Sequence record: LC727699.1
Strand: one strand, 5' to 3'
Length of the DNA stretch: 64,000 nt
Below the pieces are notes generated by a model. That model saw only the letters and a program-made list of their open reading frames with translations, was not told the origin of the DNA and did no database searches. The position numbers and the translations under genes were made by a program. Positions 37,460-46,961 of the stretch are shown one piece after another (position 1 is the stretch's first letter; every line of letters begins with the position of its first letter).

Positions 37460-37594
37460 CTGTATATTTCGAAGGCGCTGGTGAACCGCGTGCAGCCACA
37501 TTCAGTGAAGTACGTGATCTGTTTGTAGACGCGGTGAAAAGCAATCGATATTTCCGATGGATTAGTCGATTATTTCAAACTGGTGAATAGTTGA
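37456..37594 (+). pseudogene. Internally deleted remnant of a 35148-type gene
   Basis: Frame 1 MTVYFEGAGEPRAATFSEVRDLFV resembles MIYFEGDGNVKPVTQEQVKELFI; +1 frame AIDISDGLVDYFKLVNS* resembles PLDLAGELRDYFIFVNRG*. Confidence 0.6.
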
Positions 37595-37660
37595 TGAACT
37601 ACAGCATCATCTAAACTCCCATTCTTGTGAGGATATCTCTACGTTCGATAAGGTTAACAC

Positions 37661-37873
37661 ATGAATGACCAAGCTGATCTATTGATCGAGTATTATAAAT
37701 CACGTGGTCTTGGTGGCGTAATGGCTACTCATAACCTTCATACTCAGATCAATGAACATCACACTATCTATGGTGGTGGTTGGACTGAGGAAACAGAGAA
37801 GGCTGCCAAATCTATCCGCCGTCGGATGAACCGTAATTCCATCGTAGAAATAAACGTGTGGAAGAAGAAGTAA
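37661..37873 (+). CDS. Hypothetical protein
   Basis: 70 aa, AAGGT RBS. Confidence 0.7.
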   Translation: MNDQADLLIEYYKSRGLGGVMATHNLHTQINEHHTIYGGGWTEETEKAAKSIRRRMNRNSIVEINVWKKK

Positions 37874-37913
37874 TTTATTCATATTTTTTAATCCAACTAA
37901 AAGGAAATTGTAA

Positions 37914-38147
37914 ATGCAACATGTAACTGTAAAAACTATGAACTCTGGACTGAAAGTTATTGATCTGGATGGTATCCGACTCAAAGACAAAAATATTATC
38001 CAGCTACGTTCTATTATGAATCACGATGCTGCAAAGCAATCATCAGCTTTCATGCATCACGATAGCCAATTCAATAATGTACGTATTGAATTTTGGCGCG
38101 AACCATCAGCGCGAATTATCTCGCTGATTAAAGATGCGGTCGCATGA
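37914..38147 (+). CDS. Hypothetical protein
   Basis: 77 aa, AAGGA RBS. Confidence 0.75.
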   Translation: MQHVTVKTMNSGLKVIDLDGIRLKDKNIIQLRSIMNHDAAKQSSAFMHHDSQFNNVRIEFWREPSARIISLIKDAVA

Positions 38148-38174
38148 CCGCTTTCTTTCAAGAAGGTAACTAAT

Positions 38175-38453
38175 ATGTCTATCTCTGATGTAGTATTTGA
38201 AGCTGCTGTCAAAAGTGGCGTTAGTCTTGAACACCTTGATAAAGAAGAACCTATTCTAAAAATTCGCTCTGTTAAAGAAAGTGATGGATGGGATATCATC
38301 CTCTATTATCCTGGTAAGATTACTAAGACTGTAAAACTACCATCAAGTAATGTAGCTGAGTCAGATGCATCAAAGTTTATTGAACATGTATTTGGAGATG
38401 TTCAATTTGCTAAAGAAGCAGTACGCAATGCTGAAGGCATTGTAATAAAATAA
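38175..38453 (+). CDS. Hypothetical protein
   Basis: 92 aa, AAGGT RBS. Confidence 0.75.
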   Translation: MSISDVVFEAAVKSGVSLEHLDKEEPILKIRSVKESDGWDIILYYPGKITKTVKLPSSNVAESDASKFIEHVFGDVQFAKEAVRNAEGIVIK

Positions 38454-38478
38454 TCAATCTGGAAAAAAGGAAATATAA

Positions 38479-38898
38479 ATGTATATTGATGAAAAGTACT
38501 GGGCTCATTCTGTAAAAGCTATGGATAACAAACATCCAGTTTTGATGAATGTGCATGGTCTTCATTGGTGTTCACCATCTTTGGTTAATTGGAGCCTAAC
38601 TGCTGTCAAACGGGATGGGTCACTTTCATCAAAAGAAGTGTTTGATATCACTAGCAAATATGTCAGCCATCTCATTGATCATGAAGTTAAAATCGTTAAT
38701 GATCAATTGGTCTACCTGATCAAAAATAATCTGATTAGTGGCATTACTGAGCTTGATGATGGTTTCTTTGTATTTGCAAATATTGATGGCGAGTCATGGT
38801 CCATGCATGTTGTAATTGAATGCTTGATGGAACATGAAGAAAATTGGGAAAAACTCGCTGCCGTTAAGTGCAATGAGTTGACCATTTCTGCATTCTAA
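38479..38898 (+). CDS. Hypothetical protein
   Basis: 139 aa, AAGGA RBS. Confidence 0.8.
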   Translation: MYIDEKYWAHSVKAMDNKHPVLMNVHGLHWCSPSLVNWSLTAVKRDGSLSSKEVFDITSKYVSHLIDHEVKIVNDQLVYLIKNNLISGITELDDGFFVFANIDGESWSMHVVIECLMEHEENWEKLAAVKCNELTISAF

Positions 38899-38912
38899 TT
38901 AATTATGAAAAT

Positions 38913-38930
38913 GGGGGTCTAAAGACCCCC
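38913..38930 (+). terminator. Hairpin, likely terminator
   Basis: GGGGGTC-TAAA-GACCCCC. Confidence 0.55.
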
Positions 38931-38976
38931 TATCTATTTAATAGAATGAAACTAATCTTAATAATGGTGAATACTA

Positions 38977-39273
38977 ATGAATAAATATTACCATTTGAAG
39001 AAACAGAAGGATGCTACATGGACAATTGAATTTCTAGGAAAGATGCGTAATTTTAAATTCAACCATGTAACTAAAAATAAAAATAGTTGGGTTAGCATGG
39101 GTATTGAAGGTTATCCAGCACTTAAATTTAACTGTGATGGATTTGGTAGATTAGAAAGTATTCAACCCATTGATGATGATTTAACCATCGATGAAATATT
39201 TATTCCACGTAAACATTCTGTTTCACAGTGTATCGATATAACAACACTTTATATGGGTGGTCAATGTGACTGA
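38977..39273 (+). CDS. Hypothetical protein
   Basis: 98 aa, GGTGA RBS. Confidence 0.7.
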   Translation: MNKYYHLKKQKDATWTIEFLGKMRNFKFNHVTKNKNSWVSMGIEGYPALKFNCDGFGRLESIQPIDDDLTIDEIFIPRKHSVSQCIDITTLYMGGQCD

Positions 39274-39703
39274 GATAATATTAGTTATTTTATCATTGTT
39301 TGTTCTTTCAGTCATAACCGGCTATTGTATAACCCGGTTAGAGAAAACCGAAGATATAGCCTATTATGTTAAATCAATTACGTATTACTTAGGTGAACCC
39401 GGTGATACATTTTTTAATAGTGAACCCAAAGTAATACAGCTGGATAACCCTGTAAAACTAGTTTTCACTAATGAACCAGTTCAAATAAAAACACTTTATT
39501 TAGACCTAAATAAGAAAGAATTATACCTTAATCATCCCGAACATGCTTGTATTGTGATGCGTGTTATTTTCTTTTTAAATTATCATAACCAGAAAAAACT
39601 CATAGGTTATTCAGATGAATACTATCATGACAATGAGTATGTTGATAGTGAGTTTGATATGACCATAAAGAAAATTAGCGTAGAATGCTATAAAGGTTTA
39701 TAA
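39257..39703 (+). CDS. Hypothetical membrane-anchored protein
   Basis: N-terminal hydrophobic helix IILVILSLFVLSVITGYCI. Confidence 0.75.
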   Translation: MVNVTEIILVILSLFVLSVITGYCITRLEKTEDIAYYVKSITYYLGEPGDTFFNSEPKVIQLDNPVKLVFTNEPVQIKTLYLDLNKKELYLNHPEHACIVMRVIFFLNYHNQKKLIGYSDEYYHDNEYVDSEFDMTIKKISVECYKGL

Positions 39704-39739
39704 TGGTCAATTTTATAGACCATCAATCAGGAGTTAATA

Positions 39740-40171
39740 ATGAGTGTTCTACAACCGCTAGGAAGTTTCCCAGTATATAAGAAAACTATTGGTGAAACTC
39801 GATTTCTATTAGACCATGATGTTGCTATCAGTATGGTTACAACTGAGCAAGGTAGTTTTATGACAGCCCCACTGAAAACAGATGGGGTAGAGTTTAATCT
39901 ATCTGAAGTCTTTGGTGATTACAAAAAATTTGATAATGTGATTGTAGATAAACTCTACTATCGTGATTTATCTGGTAAAATGCAGTCAAAGGTAGTGCCA
40001 ACTATCCCTCAGCTTTATAAAGACATGGCTGTATTCAAAAGTGGTTATACCACTAAAATAAATAATCTCCGTTGGGGTTATTGTTTAACTATTAAAAATG
40101 ATGGTACTGCAAAAATTTGGACAGATGACAATAGTCCTATTTGTGGTGTGTCAATTCGTTTCACAATGTAA
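39740..40171 (+). CDS. Hypothetical protein
   Basis: 143 aa, AGGAG RBS. Confidence 0.8.
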   Translation: MSVLQPLGSFPVYKKTIGETRFLLDHDVAISMVTTEQGSFMTAPLKTDGVEFNLSEVFGDYKKFDNVIVDKLYYRDLSGKMQSKVVPTIPQLYKDMAVFKSGYTTKINNLRWGYCLTIKNDGTAKIWTDDNSPICGVSIRFTM

Positions 40172-40181
40172 CGTCATAATG

Positions 40182-40205
40182 GCCTCCCTTCGGGGAGGCT
40201 TTTAT
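40182..40205 (+). terminator. Intrinsic terminator
   Basis: GCCTCCC-TTCG-GGGAGGC followed by TTTT. Confidence 0.85.
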
Positions 40206-40233
40206 ATCCTTTTATATAAACAGGTATATTCAA

Positions 40234-40536
40234 ATGAAAATGAATGATAAGGTAATCAAATCGACTCAGTATATGTTGGATAATACTGATAAATTCATAA
40301 GTGCTGTTTTCTCTGGTGAGGATCGATACATTGATGCATGCGCTGGTCTGGTTGCTGCACATGGGGATAAAACTGAACAGTATCGTTATATCTGGGAAGA
40401 AGCTGGATTGGACTTTAACAAAGCCCAAGTAATATATTTTCTAACGTACACCAAATTACTAGGTGATACTCCTAAACATATGTCATGCCAATGGGTTATC
40501 GATAACTATAATAAATATAATAAACTATTACCTTAA
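40234..40536 (+). CDS. Hypothetical protein
   Basis: 100 aa, AGGT RBS. Confidence 0.75.
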   Translation: MKMNDKVIKSTQYMLDNTDKFISAVFSGEDRYIDACAGLVAAHGDKTEQYRYIWEEAGLDFNKAQVIYFLTYTKLLGDTPKHMSCQWVIDNYNKYNKLLP

Positions 40537-40621
40537 TACGGGGTAATAGTTTATTATAATAAAATTTAAAGTTATATAACAACCATGCCAAATAAAATAA
40601 ATATTATCTGAGGTATCACAA

Positions 40622-40774
40622 ATGGAAGGAATGAAATATGTAGCATTGTTTTTAGTTATAGCGGTTTTAGGTAGTACGCTAATTGGTATTAATAAAATTA
40701 TCAATATAGGTGATATCGATGGATACCGATCAGAAAAAGAAAGAATCACCGAAATTCAATCCTATCATAAATAG
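40622..40774 (+). CDS. Small membrane protein (50 aa)
   Basis: MEGMKYVALFLVIAVLGSTLIGINKII...; GAGGT RBS. Confidence 0.6.
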   Translation: MEGMKYVALFLVIAVLGSTLIGINKIINIGDIDGYRSEKERITEIQSYHK

Positions 40775-40830
40775 CATCTTTAACAAGTCATGGCTGACTG
40801 AAGAGAAGAGTTGTAAAGAGGTAAAAAGAA

Positions 40831-41133
40831 ATGAGTTCAACAGTGAGCTGTCTAGCAAACGCGCTAGCTAATGGTATTAGTCTTATCGCTAAGAATAAAG
40901 TTCAAGTTGGTATGATTCTACAAGCAACACAGGATATTTGGATCATGCGTACTTGTAAAAAGAATGGTTATCTAGAATGGAAGTTTGCCGATGAAGGAGA
41001 TGACCTAACCGTATTAGGCGTTGATGAGGGTAATCCCGAAGGCGGCTTTAGAGTTTTAAATGCCGACAATTATAATCAAATTGAAACTGTACAATGTACA
41101 GATATGGATGATATTCTTCACGCATATAACTGA
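40831..41133 (+). CDS. Hypothetical protein, SH3/KOW-like candidate
   Basis: VQVGMILQAT...EGDDLTVLGV. Confidence 0.7.
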   Translation: MSSTVSCLANALANGISLIAKNKVQVGMILQATQDIWIMRTCKKNGYLEWKFADEGDDLTVLGVDEGNPEGGFRVLNADNYNQIETVQCTDMDDILHAYN

Positions 41134-41141
41134 GGTGGTAT

Positions 41142-41354
41142 ATGTCAAATTCATTTAAAGCCGGTGACAAAGTTGTAGTCAATACAGATATTATTAATAG
41201 CACCGGTGAATGCGGTTATGATCTTACACTATGTAAAGCTGGTACTGTAGTTATAATCGAATCTGTTAATGGAGACCATCTGTTAGTTTATCCATCTAAT
41301 AGTGGTCCTAGTAATGGATTTTATGTTCATCTACATCAGGTTAATGCACAATGA
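41142..41354 (+). CDS. Hypothetical protein, SH3/KOW-like candidate
   Basis: FKAGDKVVVN...KAGTVVIIESV. Confidence 0.75.
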   Translation: MSNSFKAGDKVVVNTDIINSTGECGYDLTLCKAGTVVIIESVNGDHLLVYPSNSGPSNGFYVHLHQVNAQ

Positions 41355-41728
41355 AACTTGAATGCATAAGAGATACTGCACAGATCTTCTACAGTAAAAG
41401 AGCTTTTATAAAAGGTGATTATATTGGTAGCGAATATCATATTTACCAATTACTAACCCATCTTCATCATCGTATCGTTAATACACTTATTGAAATATAT
41501 GATGATGATTCACTAGCTGATGTGCTAAATAAAAGTCCTGATGATATTATCATCATGTTCTCTAAACATGCGACTAATGCGTATCAGCATTACAAAGTTC
41601 TTCGCCAAAATATAAATGCTAAGATTGAAGAAGTAAATGCATCACGAAATAGGTATACCCTGTGGTCTAACTTAGTAGAGGATATTCTTAAGTTTAGACT
41701 ATATTGCAGTAAACTAAAGGTGGGTTGA
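41351..41728 (+). CDS. Hypothetical protein
   Basis: 125 aa, ATGA-coupled. Confidence 0.75.
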   Translation: MKLECIRDTAQIFYSKRAFIKGDYIGSEYHIYQLLTHLHHRIVNTLIEIYDDDSLADVLNKSPDDIIIMFSKHATNAYQHYKVLRQNINAKIEEVNASRNRYTLWSNLVEDILKFRLYCSKLKVG

Positions 41729-41729
41729 G

Positions 41730-42092
41730 ATGATTGAATTTAATGCGACTGAAGTGGAAATGCTTGTTAAAACAGTTACTGGTGATTTATTTAACATCAC
41801 CTATGGCGCACATCCTGCTGAAATTAATTGGATGCTTAAAGCAGATGTTGCAATGTTGGATGCATGGTTTGCTAAGGTTTATCAGTTTGGTATGTCAAAG
41901 CAAATCCCATATGCCAGTATCCCATTTACCAATCTAGTGGATGTGTCAATTGAGTGGCTATTCCAATACATGGCCAATCTGGCAGCTAACCTAGGTGATT
42001 TTGAAGAGGTCCAAGAACCTATTTTCAATATCATCAATAAGATCCATTCAATGTGGTTAGTTTATGATAAGTATTCATGGACTGGTAGCTAA
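41730..42092 (+). CDS. Hypothetical protein
   Basis: 120 aa, in operon. Confidence 0.75.
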   Translation: MIEFNATEVEMLVKTVTGDLFNITYGAHPAEINWMLKADVAMLDAWFAKVYQFGMSKQIPYASIPFTNLVDVSIEWLFQYMANLAANLGDFEEVQEPIFNIINKIHSMWLVYDKYSWTGS

Positions 42093-42135
42093 TACTTGAC
42101 CGTCCAATTAGATAGTTATAGGACGGGAATTAACC

Positions 42136-42471
42136 ATGTTTATAGTTGATGATAAGTGTTATAGTTGGTCAAGTACTTCGCACGGTCGTGGGAAAAGAAG
42201 CGAAATAGTTGGAGCAGGTGTTTATGTTATTGAACACATTGCAACTGGGAAGTATTTGGTAGGGCTTTCAAAGACTGTTAGTAATGAAGTTGATAAACAT
42301 ATCGCTGCATTACGTAATAATAGTCATCAAAATAAGGCAATGTTAGGTTTAGTACATCGGGACATGGATTTACGTTTATTAGAATATCCCATTAGTAAGG
42401 TTAGTGATCAAAAAGCACTTATTGCTAAGATCCGAGCCACTACTAAACCTAAATATTTAATGCTTAATTAG
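42136..42471 (+). CDS. GIY-YIG-like domain protein, likely degenerate
   Basis: GVYVIEHIATGKYLVGLS...H...L..N.H.N; the usual catalytic Arg is not evident. Confidence 0.6.
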   Translation: MFIVDDKCYSWSSTSHGRGKRSEIVGAGVYVIEHIATGKYLVGLSKTVSNEVDKHIAALRNNSHQNKAMLGLVHRDMDLRLLEYPISKVSDQKALIAKIRATTKPKYLMLN

Positions 42472-42492
42472 GGAGGGTAATACCTCCCTTTT
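42470..42492 (+). terminator. Intrinsic terminator
   Basis: AGGGAGG-GTAATA-CCTCCCT followed by TTT. Confidence 0.7.
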
Positions 42493-42517
42493 CTTATATA
42501 AGAAAAGGAAATATACA

Positions 42518-43204
42518 ATGAGTAATCCATTAGTTATCAAATCGGCAAGTGATCTAGTAGAACCAAAAGAGATAGATTACAAAGCACCTATTTTTAAGGC
42601 CAGTCACGAATATGAATCTATTCGTGAGAATAGCAGACAGTTAATTGAAAAGCAAATGAAACTATCCAAAAAACCTTTTGCCGTGGTTGAACGAGAAGGT
42701 GATATTGGTTCCAATGTTGTTTATTACACGTGTGGATGTAATAAAGAAGATCCACTCTTTCCTGAACTGGTGATCACTGCCTGCATTACTAAGGAATCGG
42801 CAGTAAATACCTTTTACGCCATTTTTGAAAAATTAAAAGAAGTGAAACAGATCACGGGTGGCGTAGAGATTGCAGATTTACTGAGTGCATTTGAAGAAGA
42901 TCAACGGATGGGACGCCAACCTAAATTTGGTATTCGCCTAATTGATACTCGTCAATTTGTATATGGTTTTGGTGGTAAACTCCACGCATACTACAATATG
43001 GATGACTATTATAACCAATTGCCCATCTGGCAAATTCTCATCAGTGATATTGAAGGATTCCTACCCACTGATAGTGGTTATCTACAAACAGTTTGTCCGC
43101 AGTTTCTTCTAGCCGATAAACCTTTCGGACAAGCTGGTAATATCTATCCTACTGACATTTTTAAAACTATGAAATGTCGTCCTTCTGCAACAGTTATTCA
43201 TTAA
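42518..43204 (+). CDS. Hypothetical protein
   Basis: 228 aa, AAGGA RBS. Confidence 0.85.
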   Translation: MSNPLVIKSASDLVEPKEIDYKAPIFKASHEYESIRENSRQLIEKQMKLSKKPFAVVEREGDIGSNVVYYTCGCNKEDPLFPELVITACITKESAVNTFYAIFEKLKEVKQITGGVEIADLLSAFEEDQRMGRQPKFGIRLIDTRQFVYGFGGKLHAYYNMDDYYNQLPIWQILISDIEGFLPTDSGYLQTVCPQFLLADKPFGQAGNIYPTDIFKTMKCRPSATVIH

Positions 43205-43216
43205 GAGGTTAATATA

Positions 43217-43456
43217 ATGCGTGAGTTTCGTACTGGTCAATATTGTATTACTAAAATTGATATTCCTCATCCAAAACCCAATGCATTAACTGGCCCAACT
43301 TATTTAACAGCTGGACAGCAGTGCCAAATTATCGTTTATGATCCATCGAAAACACCTTCTACTGGTATTCGTAAAGAAGGTGAAAACTTTGCAATGGTTT
43401 ATGTAGACGAATCTGCACTAATTGCTGATCCATCAAAACCGGTTCCAACTCTATGA
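43217..43456 (+). CDS. Hypothetical protein, SH3/KOW-like candidate
   Basis: FRTGQYCIT...TAGQQCQII. Confidence 0.75.
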   Translation: MREFRTGQYCITKIDIPHPKPNALTGPTYLTAGQQCQIIVYDPSKTPSTGIRKEGENFAMVYVDESALIADPSKPVPTL

Positions 43457-43812
43457 TATTTAAATTCTTTGATGTTAATGGAGAGTATGATCCACGTAAC
43501 TTGTGGTTGCCCGCTGAACGTCAGCTATATATCTCTATTATTAATCCAGAGGGCCATGAGGTGCTCTGGTATGCTAGAAAACCAGGCACTAATGTAGCTA
43601 TGTTGACACCTAAGCGAGATGATTATGAACTTGTAAATTGTTCAAATATTCTGAAGGCTAGGGATGTTCTATTGGTTAATCATGAGGCTGGTTCAGTAGA
43701 AAAAGCATTACGTTATTTTGACTTACCTGTTAAAGGTAAATATAAATTAGCAAGTCGTACATGGGAATGTAGTGAACTATTCACTCTTCAATTTATTGAA
43801 TATAATTTTTAA
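43453..43812 (+). CDS. Hypothetical protein
   Basis: 119 aa, ATGA-coupled. Confidence 0.75.
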   Translation: MIFKFFDVNGEYDPRNLWLPAERQLYISIINPEGHEVLWYARKPGTNVAMLTPKRDDYELVNCSNILKARDVLLVNHEAGSVEKALRYFDLPVKGKYKLASRTWECSELFTLQFIEYNF

Positions 43813-43826
43813 ATAGGTAATTATAA

Positions 43827-44348
43827 ATGGCTCTTATTTGTGGATATGGTGAAAATGCCGTGCTATTTGGTGGCGATGTTGATGTAGTCGACTATGCGAT
43901 GTCTCAAAGAAAATATACCTTAGATAATAAATTCATTATCCGTGGTATTGCTGTTATGAGTGCTGATAAAGAAGCGCGACATAGTTTCTGCCGAGCTAAT
44001 AGTGAGCTGTTTCTTAGCCATCGCACAAAAGACTATAATGTAATCACACAACAATTCCAAGAATCGGTTAATAATTATAAAGTGATGGTTTACATTGTAT
44101 TCGATGACGAACTAGCCGTCTTTGTACCGAATACACCAATCACTGTACTGAATTATAAAAATAATCCAGATGGAGTTACTGTGATTAATAAAGGTTTCCG
44201 ATATAAACAAAGGGAGAGGCTTAAAGTTCTCATTAAAACATATCACGATGATCTATTGTTATTGGCTAAGAATATTGCAGATAATTCATTGAAAGATGTT
44301 AATCAACTAACTGTCTTTAAAGACGGAACTACCCAACGGTTTATTTAA
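43827..44348 (+). CDS. Hypothetical protein, weak Ntn-fold-like N-terminus
   Basis: MALICGYGENAVLFGGD resembles the HslV/proteasome strand 1-2 pattern but has no N-terminal Thr. Confidence 0.7.
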   Translation: MALICGYGENAVLFGGDVDVVDYAMSQRKYTLDNKFIIRGIAVMSADKEARHSFCRANSELFLSHRTKDYNVITQQFQESVNNYKVMVYIVFDDELAVFVPNTPITVLNYKNNPDGVTVINKGFRYKQRERLKVLIKTYHDDLLLLAKNIADNSLKDVNQLTVFKDGTTQRFI

Positions 44349-44359
44349 GGTATCTTTAC

Positions 44360-44659
44360 ATGACCACTAAACAACAGCGCATTACCTATCACTATCATTG
44401 TAAAGGTCTTAAACAGACATATCACCCAGTCATTGGTAAAGATGGGGAATTGAAACTGTCTGTACTTACACCTGATAATATTTATAGTCAATATCCATTA
44501 TACGAGGATGTAGAAGATGAAGCTATCGATAAATTATGCGATCAGGTAGAACTACTACTGAGAAAAGAACTTGTGGGTGTAATTGCTATTAAATATAATG
44601 TCGATTATCTAGCTACCCCTGGTGAGAAATTAAAAGAAGTATATAGACTCGTAATTTAA
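44360..44659 (+). CDS. Hypothetical protein
   Basis: 99 aa, AAGGT RBS. Confidence 0.75.
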   Translation: MTTKQQRITYHYHCKGLKQTYHPVIGKDGELKLSVLTPDNIYSQYPLYEDVEDEAIDKLCDQVELLLRKELVGVIAIKYNVDYLATPGEKLKEVYRLVI

Positions 44660-44672
44660 TAATGGTATAATT

Positions 44673-44698
44673 GCCCTCCTTCGGGAGGGCTTCTATTT
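44673..44698 (+). terminator. Intrinsic terminator
   Basis: GCCCTCC-TTCG-GGAGGGC. Confidence 0.8.
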
Positions 44699-44717
44699 CG
44701 TAAAAAGGAAAATACAA

Positions 44718-45158
44718 ATGAAAGCGTTCATCCCAAAATGGCGCCAAGACCCAAATAACGTTGACCATAAGTATGGTTATGAACTGAATGCATACACCTC
44801 TGTTTCTGGTACTCGCGTCTTCATCGAACGTCGTGTTGAATACTACAATAAGAAAAAGAAACAATGGTGCGATGAAACAATTCAAGTAATTCATCTTGGT
44901 AAACTGAATTGTTATATTTGGAAACACTATCCAGTTATCAGTTTCAGAGATGTTGGTGTAATCTACGGTCGGTTAGAATTTGATGAACTAAAGAAAGTAA
45001 ATAAACTTATTCAGAGTTCAAATTCCGTATCTATTGAACTGATGGAATCTATTTCAAAAGAATATCAGGTTTATATCACAGCTGTAATTAATAACATCAA
45101 ATATGTGTTCAGCCCTGAACGTACTTATGTATCTGATGAGGGTTACGTAGATGACTAA
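44718..45158 (+). CDS. Hypothetical protein
   Basis: 146 aa, AAGGA RBS. Confidence 0.8.
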   Translation: MKAFIPKWRQDPNNVDHKYGYELNAYTSVSGTRVFIERRVEYYNKKKKQWCDETIQVIHLGKLNCYIWKHYPVISFRDVGVIYGRLEFDELKKVNKLIQSSNSVSIELMESISKEYQVYITAVINNIKYVFSPERTYVSDEGYVDD

Positions 45159-45612
45159 AGCAACTACTAATATCGTAATACAAGAGAAGCTTAAAGAACT
45201 CCGTCATAATAGTGATTGGATGTATTACATGACTTCCCAGTTCACTAACTGGATGTCAATGACTCCAGGTGCACTGAATTATAAAAACAACATGACACCA
45301 GATGAGTATTACGAGCATCTGGTAACTTGGCGGGTGATGACTGAGGATCTAATCCGAGTTCGTAAATCAATTGGTATCAGTATGTCAGGTATGATTAGTG
45401 ATACACTAACACATCTTGATGTAAATGAAGTAATGTGTGAGTTCAGTGTATCAGCTAAACTACGTGTTCATCGCAATCATTGGAAAACCAATATGCTTTA
45501 CTTGGGTCTTGACTGCGGTGATCATCTATGGCGTCCTAAAGAACGAGTATTCGTAGTTGGTCAAACGGAATGGTCTCGTTTCCGCGATGCTATTGTCAAT
45601 GGTGTTTACTAA
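45151..45612 (+). CDS. Hypothetical protein
   Basis: 153 aa, overlaps the previous stop. Confidence 0.8.
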   Translation: MTKATTNIVIQEKLKELRHNSDWMYYMTSQFTNWMSMTPGALNYKNNMTPDEYYEHLVTWRVMTEDLIRVRKSIGISMSGMISDTLTHLDVNEVMCEFSVSAKLRVHRNHWKTNMLYLGLDCGDHLWRPKERVFVVGQTEWSRFRDAIVNGVY

Positions 45613-45644
45613 GTGATTCCTTTATGTATTTAGGATAATTAAAA

Positions 45645-46157
45645 ATGGCAAAAACACTCCGTGTAGTACGTGTCCGTGATGGGATCGTTGATAGTCTTAA
45701 TAACGATGGTCTATGGGTTAACAAACATACCTTTTGTATGGAAGAGGTATGGGAAGCCCACAAACAAACAACCCAATTCCAGTCTTACAACTGGGGGACT
45801 ATGTACTTCGTTAGTGAAAATGATGTAGCATGTAATCCATATCCTCATCATCAATACCGTGAAGTATGGATCTGTCAACGAGGTGTGCAACAAAAACTAG
45901 AACTATGTGAGGATTTAGAATCCGGTATAGTTGGGGATGATCATGTTGTAGTTATTATGACTACCACGGATGGATTAGATTATAGTTTTGTGAGTGGTGT
46001 GTATGGCGACCGTATTAACTACAGTCCTTACTATGGTGATGCCATTTCTATACCTTGTACCAATAATCAAGAAGCAGACGATGTCTATCATATTCTAGCT
46101 AAAATGGCTAATGGCATAAGTCTATCTGTTCCTCTAGTAATGAAGCTGATTAAATAA
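45645..46157 (+). CDS. Hypothetical protein
   Basis: 170 aa, AGGA RBS. Confidence 0.8.
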   Translation: MAKTLRVVRVRDGIVDSLNNDGLWVNKHTFCMEEVWEAHKQTTQFQSYNWGTMYFVSENDVACNPYPHHQYREVWICQRGVQQKLELCEDLESGIVGDDHVVVIMTTTDGLDYSFVSGVYGDRINYSPYYGDAISIPCTNNQEADDVYHILAKMANGISLSVPLVMKLIK

Positions 46158-46164
46158 AGGAGTA

Positions 46165-46530
46165 ATGATTATGGATTATAAATGGCATGATAAGTTCATT
46201 ATAGAAATTATTAGTAAAAGTTGTAAAAAAGATGGAATTGGTAAAAGTTACTTAGTGCGTAAAGATTGGAGAGATGTTAATCAGCGTGATTACGCCATTC
46301 TATCACGTATTGGTTTCCATGATGCTCTTTTGCTTGATGAACATGAAGTCGAATACTATTTGAACAATGTAGCATTTGATATCGCAAAGGCCGTATGGGA
46401 GTCTGAAGGTAAACCAAAAGATACTGATATGCATATTCGGGCATTGCGCGTAGATATGGATAGCCTATCTAATAGATTCAAGATATATACTGATATAAAA
46501 CTAGATATGGATAAGCACCGGAAATCGTAA
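46165..46530 (+). CDS. Hypothetical protein
   Basis: 121 aa, AAGGAG RBS. Confidence 0.8.
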   Translation: MIMDYKWHDKFIIEIISKSCKKDGIGKSYLVRKDWRDVNQRDYAILSRIGFHDALLLDEHEVEYYLNNVAFDIAKAVWESEGKPKDTDMHIRALRVDMDSLSNRFKIYTDIKLDMDKHRKS

Positions 46531-46570
46531 AAGATATCCATCGTATACATTTATTAATAGGAACCTACAA

Positions 46571-46927
46571 ATGCAACTAGATAAAGACAAATTGAAAGAA
46601 TTGGTAAATATCATTGAAGAGAATACACGCCTTAAAGGTAAAGTATTCCACCAGGAAACCTACTCCAGTATTCATGGTGAAATAGAGGTTCGCAGTTACG
46701 CTGGTAATTTCATTTTCTATAAAAATCATACTACTGAACAATATGCAATGTTCAATGTAGAGTTTGACACACATGGTAAGGTAGTTAGATTCATAGCACC
46801 TGCACTATTACGTGCGACTATTATTTGGGAATTGAACGAAGAACCAGAATACTACAAAATCAACATCGAGCAAATGCTGATCGAAGCAGTAACCAATCAC
46901 TTCAATACTGCCACACTACTACCTTGA
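46571..46927 (+). CDS. Hypothetical protein
   Basis: 118 aa, AGGA RBS. Confidence 0.8.
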   Translation: MQLDKDKLKELVNIIEENTRLKGKVFHQETYSSIHGEIEVRSYAGNFIFYKNHTTEQYAMFNVEFDTHGKVVRFIAPALLRATIIWELNEEPEYYKINIEQMLIEAVTNHFNTATLLP

Positions 46928-46961
46928 AGTTAATTGATAACCATAACTCTTATAAAGCATA

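Noticed and set aside
3457-46774. Minus-strand track ORFs within the + block (e.g. 6122, 15345, 16819, 21105, 22071, 23250, 31827, 44613)
   Set aside because: Each overlaps a better supported + strand gene; no independent signals
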